From an uncultured Victivallales bacterium (GTDB lineage: Bacteria; Verrucomicrobiota; Kiritimatiellia; UBA8416; CAZWPN01): a stretch of 64,000 nt of DNA. The stretch's first letter is position 1. Each line of letters starts with the position of its first letter. The translations under genes were made by a program, and so were the position numbers. Below are positions 34,747 through 43,805 of this stretch, piece after piece. The notes beneath the pieces are model-generated. The model saw only the letters and a list, made by a program, of their open reading frames with translations, did not search any database and was not told the DNA's origin. The DNA is taken from positions 643-64,642 of the forward strand of contig CAZWPN010000005.1 in the NCBI GenBank assembly GCA_964635275.1, in the 5' to 3' direction.

Positions 34747-36066
34747 ATGATGGCTAGCAATACTCCCGCTCAGCAGGATAGTGATGCCGGACGGCCATCT
34801 GTCCAGTCGATGGTAGAGTCGTTGCGGTCTATCGACTCCGTGCTTTCCCCTGACGAGGACATAGTCAGGCTTCCACTCAAGGACTTGCTCGCACTGCTTC
34901 CACGGAAGTACCTGACGTCGGATGCGACCAGCGTGGATGGCGTCACCGTACCGGTCCGTATCGAGAACCTCTTCTATCGGCTGTCCCGAGGTAAAGTGGC
35001 CATGCCAATGGAGCAACTTGCCGCCTCGCTTCCCTCCGATATGCTTCTTCCCCATGCTAAGGCCGACACCACGGAGATCTGTATCCCTCTCAACGTCCTG
35101 GTTGGCGCCATTCGGCCGTCGATCTTTCTCGATCGCATGGCATCACGGGTGCGCAGGGGGGATCTCTCTGAGTTTCCCGACCATTTCCCTGAGCTGAAGC
35201 ATGCACTGGCGCGCCTGCAGCCCCAGTCTGAGCCACATCACAATACGCCGGTTCCTCAACCGCCGTCGTCTGTCAGTGTGCCGGCTTCTGCCCCTGTTCG
35301 TGCCCAGAGACCTGCCGAACCTTCTTCGCTCATTCCGCCAGCCGCGCCTGTGCCACCGGTTTCCGCGTCGTCTCCGCGTCGCCTCGAATCCTTGGATTCC
35401 GCGGACGAAGGTGACTATATCGAACTGGAAACACTTGGCGGCGTCAATCTCAACGCCGCAACGGTAGCACAGTTGGTGACGCTCGACGGCGTGACCGCCG
35501 GTATGGCCGGGGCCATCGTTGCCTACAGGCAAACGCATGGGCCGCTGGTCAGCATCTTCGACCTGGTAAATGTGCCCCGCCTGGGACGTGGCACATTCCG
35601 CCGGATCACGGGCATGCCATATAGCGAAACGCGCAGGCACCGCCGACGGAAACTGGCAAGGTTGCTGAGACTGCCGCCGCGTGAGGTGGGGGACCTTAAG
35701 AAGGTGGCCGGGGCGATTTGCGGTTTGTCGGGCGTTGCAGGATGCCTGGTTTCGGACGCGGATGGCATGCTGATGGCGGAAAGCGGCGCCACCTCCTATG
35801 CCGCGCCGATGAGTGCGGTGATCCCGCGGATGTTCCGACTGATTTACGAAAACATGGCAGTTGCCAGCGTTGGGAAATTGGATTCGGTCTCGCTCTGCGT
35901 TCGGGACCGGCTGTATACGATCGTAGCTGGCGAGCGGTTCTGTCTGACCGTCGTCCATCAGACCAGTCGTCTGACCAAGACACAAATTACGACGATTCAG
36001 AAGCTGGCGGGAGAATTAGACTGGCTTCTGAGTCACCGCGGTTACATCGGGCGGGCGACAACATGA
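34747..36066 (+). CDS. Hypothetical protein combining an unknown N-domain, a Pro-rich linker, a ComEA-like helix-hairpin-helix and a C-terminal Roadblock/LC7-like domain
   Basis: HhH region 'LETLGGVNLNAATVAQLVTLDGVTAGMAGAIVAYRQTHGPLVSIFDLVNVPRLG'. The C-terminus 'VAGAICGLSGVAGCLVSDADGMLMAESG...' resembles Roadblock/MglB. Strong SD 'GGAGGG' before the ATG. Confidence 0.5.
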   Translation: MMASNTPAQQDSDAGRPSVQSMVESLRSIDSVLSPDEDIVRLPLKDLLALLPRKYLTSDATSVDGVTVPVRIENLFYRLSRGKVAMPMEQLAASLPSDMLLPHAKADTTEICIPLNVLVGAIRPSIFLDRMASRVRRGDLSEFPDHFPELKHALARLQPQSEPHHNTPVPQPPSSVSVPASAPVRAQRPAEPSSLIPPAAPVPPVSASSPRRLESLDSADEGDYIELETLGGVNLNAATVAQLVTLDGVTAGMAGAIVAYRQTHGPLVSIFDLVNVPRLGRGTFRRITGMPYSETRRHRRRKLARLLRLPPREVGDLKKVAGAICGLSGVAGCLVSDADGMLMAESGATSYAAPMSAVIPRMFRLIYENMAVASVGKLDSVSLCVRDRLYTIVAGERFCLTVVHQTSRLTKTQITTIQKLAGELDWLLSHRGYIGRATT

Positions 36067-36097
36067 GTTGATACGTTTCACACAGTGGAGTACGGGA

Positions 36098-37735
36098 ATG
36101 GGGCAGGGTGCGACATCGGCGAAGGACAGCGCGTCTGGGACAAGAGACCGTGCCCATCAGGATACAGCCTCCGTGGACAAGATGTTGGCGGGCGTGTTCT
36201 CGTCGGCATTCGCCGTTCGGGCTCGCATTGCGCCTGTCCGCTATTCTGCGGCGACTGATACGGTGACCATCGCCGTCGCCGACCAGACCCGCATCGCTAC
36301 CGTCTCCGCGATGTTCAGGTTTCTTCTACACGCAGGCCAAGTTGAGTTCAAACCTGTGACGCGTGAGGAACTGGAGAAGGCGCAGGCTGACTTTCGTGAG
36401 CTGACCGAAAAGGTATTCCCTTCTACAAAACCCAAGGGACGGCAGTCGATAGGGGGGGCAACCAGCATCAATGTGGCCGCCGGAAGAGCGGCCGACATCG
36501 GGCGGAGCGGCCTGTTCAAACTCGGCGGTGGGCCGCTCAAACAGACCGTGTCGCTGCCCGGCTATGCCGAGATGGGCCCAGCGTTGCTCGCGGCAGTCTC
36601 GCTGCTCGCCCAGGATCGGCTTCGGCAATCGCCTGAGATGCCGGTAGTACAGGCACGGGTTCGGCACAGTCAACTGCTGGCCGTTCGGGTGGGTCTGGGT
36701 GAGGCCCAAACCGATGCCGTAGTTCTTGCTGCTTGGTTGTCCAGCCTGCCGGGGCGGGCGGACGTCCTGTCCCGCATCCCAAATCCGTTTCACCTTGACC
36801 AGATTCTGGAGCCGACGCAGTCCGGCCCCCTTCGAACGGAAGCGCGTGTCCTGGAAGTGGTTAGGGCCTACGAAACGCTAACCAGTGAGAATCCAGACGA
36901 TGCGCACGATGTCGGCGCCACTCGACGTCGGCTCAATGCCATGGTGCCGGGCGGCGATCCGGACGTCATCGAGCCGTTCCTTCAGATAATGATGGACGAG
37001 CAGTTTCTTGCTTCACTCGAACGAAATGCCGGATCGGTCTTGCTGGCTGATCAGGCTGAGCAGGCGACCGCCGCGCTCGCCGTCCCCCTTGCTGCAGATG
37101 GGTACCATGTGGAAACCGTTCCCGATATCGCCGGGATTCATGCGCGGGTAGCAGCCTCGCCTCCGGATGTTCTGATCCTCTCTGCCTCCCTGCCAGGCGG
37201 CAGTGTGCTTGGACTGTGCCGCGAACTCAGGCGGCAGGCCGTCACGCGCCATGTTCCCATCCTGGTATTGACCGACAATGCCGACAACAGGCAGTCTGCG
37301 GAGTTTCTTCGTGCTGGCGCGGATGATGTTCTGGCCAGGTCCGCCGGACCGGAACTGACGCTGCTGAAGGTGGAGCGGCTGATGGGACACCGCGCAGCGT
37401 TCTCCGACAGCGACGGCGTTGTGGGGTCCCTGCGCGATATGGAGTTGGCGGACATGGTGCAGATCCTCGGGGCCGGTGGGCGCAACGTGGAGATCCGGCT
37501 GCGCCGTGAGCGGCGCGAGGGGCGCCTCTACGTGCGGGAAGGCGCCATTATCCATGCCGAATGCGGACCGATTCAGGGGGCTCCCGCTTTCTTTGAACTG
37601 ATGCGCTGGCGGGAAGGGTCGTTCGTCACGCTGCCATGCACGCGATTCCCCGAGCGAACCATCCACGAAACCGTGATGGGGCTCTTGATGGAAAGTGCGC
37701 GTCAGGCCGACGAACGGCTGGATCCGGAAGTCTGA
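36098..37735 (+). CDS. Regulatory protein with a GspE-N1-like (T2SSE_N) N-domain, a degenerate receiver (pseudo-REC) and a DUF4388-type C-terminal domain
   Basis: N-domain 'IAPVRYSAATDTVTIAVADQTRIATVSAMFRFLLHAGQVEFKPVTREEL'. The REC-like block has 'PDVLILSASLPGG', with Ser at the phospho-acceptor position. The C-terminus 'LRDMELADMVQILGAGGRNVEIRL...REGAIIHAECGPIQG..AFFELMRWREGSF' fits DUF4388. Confidence 0.55.
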   Translation: MGQGATSAKDSASGTRDRAHQDTASVDKMLAGVFSSAFAVRARIAPVRYSAATDTVTIAVADQTRIATVSAMFRFLLHAGQVEFKPVTREELEKAQADFRELTEKVFPSTKPKGRQSIGGATSINVAAGRAADIGRSGLFKLGGGPLKQTVSLPGYAEMGPALLAAVSLLAQDRLRQSPEMPVVQARVRHSQLLAVRVGLGEAQTDAVVLAAWLSSLPGRADVLSRIPNPFHLDQILEPTQSGPLRTEARVLEVVRAYETLTSENPDDAHDVGATRRRLNAMVPGGDPDVIEPFLQIMMDEQFLASLERNAGSVLLADQAEQATAALAVPLAADGYHVETVPDIAGIHARVAASPPDVLILSASLPGGSVLGLCRELRRQAVTRHVPILVLTDNADNRQSAEFLRAGADDVLARSAGPELTLLKVERLMGHRAAFSDSDGVVGSLRDMELADMVQILGAGGRNVEIRLRRERREGRLYVREGAIIHAECGPIQGAPAFFELMRWREGSFVTLPCTRFPERTIHETVMGLLMESARQADERLDPEV

Positions 37736-37766
37736 AATTACGGATGTGGCCCAACTGGAGCTTGTT

Positions 37767-38258
37767 ATGATGTGGTTTGGACGGAAGAAGGATGGGGCGG
37801 TCTCCAAGGTCAGGGCCGCAGCCATCCAGGGGTTTGAATTGGCGATACGCCGTGAGGAGTCGCGCCTCTACGGGCTGGCGCTGTATTTTGAATGCCTGAG
37901 TCTTTTCCGGTCCGGACAGGAGGGGCTGATCGAGACCGAGCGAAAACAGTTCCGAAACCTGATCCAGGGGGGACGCAAGCAGGTGGATGATGCCACAACC
38001 CTGCTGGAGCATGTGCGGGCTGGGAGCCAGCCTCCGAAGGCGATCGAGCACTTTGTCTTCACCTATTCCAACGGCCATCCAACTCCGGTTGAACTCATTG
38101 CAAGGGCCGATGCGCTGGTGGCAGCTTTCCGAGCTGTGTTCCCGGTGCGGCCGATGGCCCAGCCGTTCACCCCCGAGGAGACCTACCGCCTTCTTGAGGC
38201 GGCCGCCGTCATGCCAGGAATCGCTGACGCAATACACAAGGCGTCAGGCGTCAAGTGA
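37767..38258 (+). CDS. Hypothetical protein (163 aa), co-oriented with the mgl module
   Basis: An ORF with an ATG start immediately after the preceding stop. No recognisable motif. Confidence 0.4.
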   Translation: MMWFGRKKDGAVSKVRAAAIQGFELAIRREESRLYGLALYFECLSLFRSGQEGLIETERKQFRNLIQGGRKQVDDATTLLEHVRAGSQPPKAIEHFVFTYSNGHPTPVELIARADALVAAFRAVFPVRPMAQPFTPEETYRLLEAAAVMPGIADAIHKASGVK

Positions 38259-38554
38259 CAGGACTGCTTCAGAGTTGACCTGATCCTCGGCTAAGGAAGG
38301 CAAAGCTTTGTGCGGACTCGTGTGCGTCCTTTGTTTACGGCTCGCTCGGAGAGCTCGCCCCACCTGGGGAACATATACAGACTGTATGTTTCGTCAGGTA
38401 GGGCGACGCCTCCGGCGGAGCCGCTGCCGCAAGGATGTCCGCAATGGGTCCCGCCGGTAGCTCAGCGCTTAGGCTAGGATTTGGGGTTAAGGATCGAGCT
38501 TGCGCGTGCGCCTTTTGTTGGGTTAGCATTCAACCATCATTCGGGAGAAACCGC

Positions 38555-39199
38555 GTGTCATTCGTTAATCTGGCCCGCAGGGAAATCAGTTTCAAGATCG
38601 TCTACTACGGACCGGCGCTCAGCGGCAAGACGACGAATCTTGAACTACTACACCAAGTGATGCCCGCCGAAGCGAAGGGGGCGATAACCATGCTCTCCAC
38701 TCGACAGGACCGGACTCTATACTTCGACTTCCTGCCGCTCCGGTCGGAAGCCATCAAGGGCTATACCTGCCGGTTTCAACTTTACACGGTGCCCGGACAG
38801 CCGGTGTACAATGAGACACGGCGCATCGTACTGGCAAGCGTGGACGGCATTGTCTTCGTGGCGGACTCGCAGTGGCAGGAGATGGAGAACAACGTAGGCA
38901 GTTTTGAGAACATGATAGAGAACCTGCGGCAGCACAACCGTGACATGGCCGACATACCCCATGTCCTGCAGTTCAACAAACGCGATCTTCCCAATGTTGC
39001 ACCGACCGCGTACATGGATTTCCTGCTCAACCAGCAGAAAACCAGGGCGCCGTTCTTTGAGGGCATCGCCACAAAGGGTGCCGGCATCTACGAGTGCCTC
39101 AATACAGTCTGCAAACTCGTTGTTGCCCAGTTCGTTGAGACGCACAACAAGCCTAAGGAACAAGCCGAAACCTGGGACTTTCAAGAGCGAAAGGCATGA
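38555..39199 (+). CDS. mglA: Ras-like small GTPase MglA
   Basis: 'ISFKIVYYGPALSGKTTNLELL', 'TLYFDFLP', 'YTVPGQ' and 'QFNKRDLPN' are nearly colinear with M. xanthus MglA. GTG start with SD 'GGGAGA'. Confidence 0.85.
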   Translation: MSFVNLARREISFKIVYYGPALSGKTTNLELLHQVMPAEAKGAITMLSTRQDRTLYFDFLPLRSEAIKGYTCRFQLYTVPGQPVYNETRRIVLASVDGIVFVADSQWQEMENNVGSFENMIENLRQHNRDMADIPHVLQFNKRDLPNVAPTAYMDFLLNQQKTRAPFFEGIATKGAGIYECLNTVCKLVVAQFVETHNKPKEQAETWDFQERKA

Positions 39200-39254
39200 T
39201 GTGAGACCCGCTGCGGTCGGATATACGCTGACCGGACCTCAGGAGGGAGTCCTT

Positions 39255-39692
39255 ATGGATTCTCTACAGGGGTTTCTCAAGCTGTCGGGCGCCGAGTCTG
39301 CGCTGGTCGCCGATTACGGCGGGAACTTGATTGTCGCCTGCGGTCCAGCCGGTGGCGACTCCTCGCTCCACACGATGGGCGCGCTCGCGGCTGGCGCCTT
39401 CAGCGCAACGCGCGAACTGGCCGCGCTCGTCCACGAGCCGGTTTTTCAGACCATGATTCACCAAGGTGAACGGCACAGCATGTTTCTTCAGGGCATCGGA
39501 AGAGAGTTCATTATACTTGTAGTTTTCGATTCAAAAACTACAGTTGGACTCGTGAAACTCTACACGGGTAAGCTCGTTCAGGAGATGGAACCCTTTCTTC
39601 GCCAGGCCGCACTTCAGCCTATCAGCAGCGGAGGGCCATCGTTTGAGGTAAGCGTCGGCGGCGTGTTCGATCACCGGTTAGCAAAGGAATAG
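39255..39692 (+). CDS. mglB: Roadblock/LC7-domain protein MglB (predicted MglA GAP)
   Basis: Roadblock fold signature 'GAESALVADYGGNLIVACG...SLHTMGALAAGAFSATRELA'. It is immediately downstream of mglA, with SD 'AGGAGGGAG'. Confidence 0.72.
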   Translation: MDSLQGFLKLSGAESALVADYGGNLIVACGPAGGDSSLHTMGALAAGAFSATRELAALVHEPVFQTMIHQGERHSMFLQGIGREFIILVVFDSKTTVGLVKLYTGKLVQEMEPFLRQAALQPISSGGPSFEVSVGGVFDHRLAKE

Positions 39693-39829
39693 TCGCCTTC
39701 GACCAGAATCAAGATCACACCGTATGGGTCAATCTCCAGCGCCTGTCCAGGTGCTCTTCGCCTCGCCGCCTGCATGGTTATGGTGCAGGTTGTGAGGTCT
39801 TCATCTCCTGTCCACCGGTTGGTTCGGCG

Positions 39830-42800
39830 CTAAGGGTTGAGGAGTAAGTCGGGCGGGCTGATGAAGATCCGGTCGCCCGTGACGAATGCGAAGCGGCCGT
39901 TAGCCAGGAGGTGGACCGCGTTCACCTCGGCTCCGCAGGGCACGCGGTCTCCGGACAGTTTCGTCATACCGTTGCCATCCAAAACGTACAGCAGCGGATG
40001 CACCCGCACCAGGAAGATGCCGTCGGGCGAGGGAAAGGCACTCACCGGCATGTAATTCTCCACCGCGATTTGCCTGGTGTCGGCGCCAGTTGAGATATAC
40101 CGCTGCCCCTTGCCGGTGTGCAATACCGGCATGCAACCGGGTTTGGCCTCCAGAAGGCCCGGGTCAAACCAGCGCAAGCCTTCGGTATCAACCAGGCATT
40201 TGCCGCCATACTCCAGCGGCGTCGGTTTGATGCCTTCGATTCGATACGTGTTGAACACCCAGTCATTCTCGCACAGCAAGTACAACTCACCGCGCAAATC
40301 GCGCGAAGCGCGCCCTTTGGGCACGGGGTTCCATGTCCTCCCGTCCCAAATGTTTCCCCGGAAGTAGACGCGGCCATCCGCGGCAACCGCCGGCGGTTCC
40401 CGTCCCGCGAATTCCCTGACGCCGAGGCTGACCAGTTTGAGCACGCCGCTCTGCATGTCAGGTGCCGCCTTCGGCGGCTGATTTGGAATCAGGACGAACG
40501 TGGCGCCGGCAACGTTGACCACCGCGCTCCCCTGATCGCTGACGACCAAATCGCCGCCACCGGTCATCTTCCACGACACCTCGTTTGTGCCATCGGTTCG
40601 TATCAACGTCCTGCGATCGGACGTCCAGTACCAGACGTTCCCGAAACCGCCGGCCGTGAAGGTGGGCAGGGCCGGCGCCAGACGCCAGCCGGACCATGCC
40701 AGCGCGTTTGTTCCGGCGGGTTGCGCCGGGTCGTACACCAGTAGTTGTTCGCTGCGCAGTATCCAGATGCGTCCGTCCGGCGCCTCGCGGAGCGCGATGG
40801 TATTGCCCGGTCGCACCCCTTCCTGCCAGCCGTAATCGGCCGCGCCCTGGGCGGCCGAGCCGATGATCAGCCGGTCCCTCCCATACGAATAGGCCAGCAC
40901 CCCGTTGGTCGTGCCGAGGAATTGATAAGCGCCTGAGTCTAGCATGGGTGGCACGGCCGGCGGGGTGCATGGCGCGAGTTGGGTCTCTTTCATGTCTTCG
41001 CTGGAAAACCGGGAGAGTTGTTTGCCCCTCCAAACATACAGGTTCCCGTTGCCATCGCTCCGGAATGCGCCGACGCGCGGAAATTTCACTTCACGCAGCC
41101 CCCCACGGATCAGATCAATGATAGCGCCGCGTGACGGCACGACCAGGCTGTCCCGGCCCAGTGTGCAGACGGGAAACGGAAGGACTCCCTCCCATTGTCC
41201 CCAGGAAATTGCGGGACTGAGATCGCCGTTGCGATAAACAAAGCAGTAGCCGTAGCACTGGATAACCAGCCCTTCGGGATGCGGAAGAACTTGCGCGGTA
41301 TGTCCGATGTCCCGCTCCCACCTCTGTGTGCGTTGCCCGTCCCAGCGCGAGGCGGTGCGGTGACCGATCGTCCAGATTCCGCCGATCATGTCCGTGTGGA
41401 TCGGCCCCTCGGCGTACCGCGGGTCGGCGTAGAGTTCGGCAGCGCGCCGGGCTCCATCCTGACGAAATTCATAGATCGGCAACCGCGCCGTGTCGCCCAT
41501 GATGGCGCCGGGCCCGACAGCCCAGACCCTGCCGCGCGCCGCCGAGAGAGAGTGCGCCTGAACCTTGTGAAACGCCGCCTGGCGATGCGCCAGATCTATT
41601 GCCATCACACCACCATCAATGAGGATCCAGACCACACCAGCGGAGTCGATTTCAAGCGCTCGCCCCATTACTTTGCGATCCGCCACCGTCGCGGGCAACG
41701 CCTGCAACCGCCGCGGATTGAGGGTCCATGCATCGTCCAGGGCATGAGTCGTTACTTGCGCTGACGGACCTCCGTCGAGCGTCAGGCGCAACGGTTCGTC
41801 CGAGACCACGCCAAACCCATCCGCCGCATACACCTCGATTTCATGCAGGCCCGGTTGCAGGGACGGAAGGTCGCCGCCCTCAGGCGCCGCTATCCTGTCA
41901 GCAAACTCGCCGTCGAAAAAGGTAAGAATCCGCAGTTTGTAGAGCGGTTCGGAACCGGCGATCCGGCAATCGAGTCGGTGCGCCGTTCCCGTGCTGACGA
42001 CTTCCCCGGCGATTGTCAGTTTTTGCGGGGCCTGAAAACGCAGTGTGTTGTCAGTGAGCATGTAGAGACCGTTCGTTCCGGGATAGACGCGACCGGAGAC
42101 AGGGTAGACCGCTGTGTAGAATATGCGGTTCGGCCCCATCCAGCCGCCTCCGGCGGCCGGCACAAAAGCTTCATTGTTCTGCACGGCGAGACTGCGCGGC
42201 GCGCCGTTCCCCGCAGGGTGACCGAGCAGTGAGGACAACACCATCTTCGGCTTTCCCTCGTACACGACCGGCAGACGCCCGGCACCCGCGCCAACTGCGA
42301 TACCGTCGAGGCCGACAGACAGCGGCGGCGCTTGCCTCTCGGCCCAGAGGTAGGTGCTGCCGTCGCTAAAACGGGTCGCGCCCGTTGTCACACTCTCGTC
42401 CCAGGCGCGCGTGGGCGCGTTCGGCCAGTTCGTGACGATGCCGTCCGTCACCAGGCATGACCCGGACTGAGTGTCCTGGAAACCGATCTGCAACCGGCCC
42501 TTGTCGTCAACGCTCATTCTTTGAGGGATGCGGTTTCCAAGATTCATGTCCAGGTGGCGCCATTCCTTCCCGTCGTGACTGCTGAGTTTGCCCGGAAAGT
42601 CGAACAGGAACGCCCACATTGTCCCGCTGCTGTCACGGACGCAAGGACCGGCCAGCTTCCACTTCGGCCTGTTGGCGATGCCGGCAGCCTGCGGCAGCGG
42701 CTCGGTGGTGCGCCAGACTGCCATCTTCCCGTCACCGGCCAGAATCAGGTCGTCGCCGACAACTGCGAGGCGTTCGACCCGTGGAATAGGCAGGCCACTG

Positions 42801-43804
42801 TCCGGCGCGAGGAGGGAAACCTCTTCCGGACCGAACACGGCGAGCGTGCCGTCAGAGATTGCGGCGAACCCGACACTGGAGGCAGCGAACACGACGTTCA
42901 ACTGGGCCATTCCATGTTTGCTGCGCCCTGTCCGTATGACGTCATCGGAGCCCTTGATATCGACCTGGCTGCGTCCGTCGGCCGCGTACCAGAAGAAGGT
43001 GAACTTCGGGTTCCTGTCAGTCTGCCCTAGGACCAGCAGACGGCCGTCCGGGGCCGTGACCATGCCGTAAAACCAATCCCAGCCGAGGTTCAGACGCTCA
43101 GGCGGATCGGATGGCTTGTTCGGATCAATGCGCCCTGAACTGATTCTGAAGCTTCGGCGATCGCACCCCGCCAGCAAGTGGTCAGGCCCGAGCCGGAACG
43201 GACCCACGCACGTGGAATCGCCCGCGAACGGAGGCGCAGGATCAACCGTCACCTTCTCCGGCGTGGCCCATATCGCATTCGGCCCGCAGATCAGGGCGAC
43301 GTGTCCGGGCCGCCATTCGCAGGGTTGACGGACGGTGGGGCCGTACCGTTGAGCCGGCATGTCCAGCAGCGCCTCCTCCTTGCCGACGACCAGAAGCCGT
43401 TCCCCGGTCTGGATCCACACGCGGCCGAGCGCATCCACGTACCACAAATCGCACGGCACGTTGGGCGTCGTGGTAACCGGCGTGGCTTCGCCGCCAGCCA
43501 GACGGTGTATGGCGAACCGGGTCTTCAGGTCCTGCCGGGCAAAGACCTCGCGCCCGGCGTTATCGGTGATGTCCACAACCCCGTCGAGGGCCAGAGCGTT
43601 CCAACCTTCCTCCGTGTTTTGGAGGTCCATCCACAGGATCTTCGTCGCCGTGCGGATATAGATATCGCCCGCCGCGTTGGCCCGCAGGTCAAGGATCTGT
43701 CCCGGCGGCGATGGCAGTGTGCGCACTGGATCCGCGGCGACTGAGAGGTGAATGGTCGCCAGTGCTATCCAACAGCGTGTGTACGATGTCATGGGGATCC
43801 TCAA
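39830..43804 (-). CDS. Giant secreted beta-propeller-repeat protein (two-component-regulator-propeller/Y_Y_Y-like repeats), paralog A
   Basis: Signal peptide, then repeated 'G.(I/V)W(I/V)...G(L/V)..(Y/F)D' Reg_prop-like units throughout the protein. 1324 aa. Confidence 0.7.
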   Translation of the reverse strand: MRIPMTSYTRCWIALATIHLSVAADPVRTLPSPPGQILDLRANAAGDIYIRTATKILWMDLQNTEEGWNALALDGVVDITDNAGREVFARQDLKTRFAIHRLAGGEATPVTTTPNVPCDLWYVDALGRVWIQTGERLLVVGKEEALLDMPAQRYGPTVRQPCEWRPGHVALICGPNAIWATPEKVTVDPAPPFAGDSTCVGPFRLGPDHLLAGCDRRSFRISSGRIDPNKPSDPPERLNLGWDWFYGMVTAPDGRLLVLGQTDRNPKFTFFWYAADGRSQVDIKGSDDVIRTGRSKHGMAQLNVVFAASSVGFAAISDGTLAVFGPEEVSLLAPDSGLPIPRVERLAVVGDDLILAGDGKMAVWRTTEPLPQAAGIANRPKWKLAGPCVRDSSGTMWAFLFDFPGKLSSHDGKEWRHLDMNLGNRIPQRMSVDDKGRLQIGFQDTQSGSCLVTDGIVTNWPNAPTRAWDESVTTGATRFSDGSTYLWAERQAPPLSVGLDGIAVGAGAGRLPVVYEGKPKMVLSSLLGHPAGNGAPRSLAVQNNEAFVPAAGGGWMGPNRIFYTAVYPVSGRVYPGTNGLYMLTDNTLRFQAPQKLTIAGEVVSTGTAHRLDCRIAGSEPLYKLRILTFFDGEFADRIAAPEGGDLPSLQPGLHEIEVYAADGFGVVSDEPLRLTLDGGPSAQVTTHALDDAWTLNPRRLQALPATVADRKVMGRALEIDSAGVVWILIDGGVMAIDLAHRQAAFHKVQAHSLSAARGRVWAVGPGAIMGDTARLPIYEFRQDGARRAAELYADPRYAEGPIHTDMIGGIWTIGHRTASRWDGQRTQRWERDIGHTAQVLPHPEGLVIQCYGYCFVYRNGDLSPAISWGQWEGVLPFPVCTLGRDSLVVPSRGAIIDLIRGGLREVKFPRVGAFRSDGNGNLYVWRGKQLSRFSSEDMKETQLAPCTPPAVPPMLDSGAYQFLGTTNGVLAYSYGRDRLIIGSAAQGAADYGWQEGVRPGNTIALREAPDGRIWILRSEQLLVYDPAQPAGTNALAWSGWRLAPALPTFTAGGFGNVWYWTSDRRTLIRTDGTNEVSWKMTGGGDLVVSDQGSAVVNVAGATFVLIPNQPPKAAPDMQSGVLKLVSLGVREFAGREPPAVAADGRVYFRGNIWDGRTWNPVPKGRASRDLRGELYLLCENDWVFNTYRIEGIKPTPLEYGGKCLVDTEGLRWFDPGLLEAKPGCMPVLHTGKGQRYISTGADTRQIAVENYMPVSAFPSPDGIFLVRVHPLLYVLDGNGMTKLSGDRVPCGAEVNAVHLLANGRFAFVTGDRIFISPPDLLLNP

Positions 43805-43805
43805 G

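Noticed and set aside
40118-43744. Multiple 150-210-aa plus-strand ORFs inside the propeller paralogs; near-duplicate ORF pairs (42588/46768, 43178/47832)
   Set aside because: The duplication of these shadow ORFs simply reflects the paralogy of the two minus-strand giant genes. They are not independent genes.
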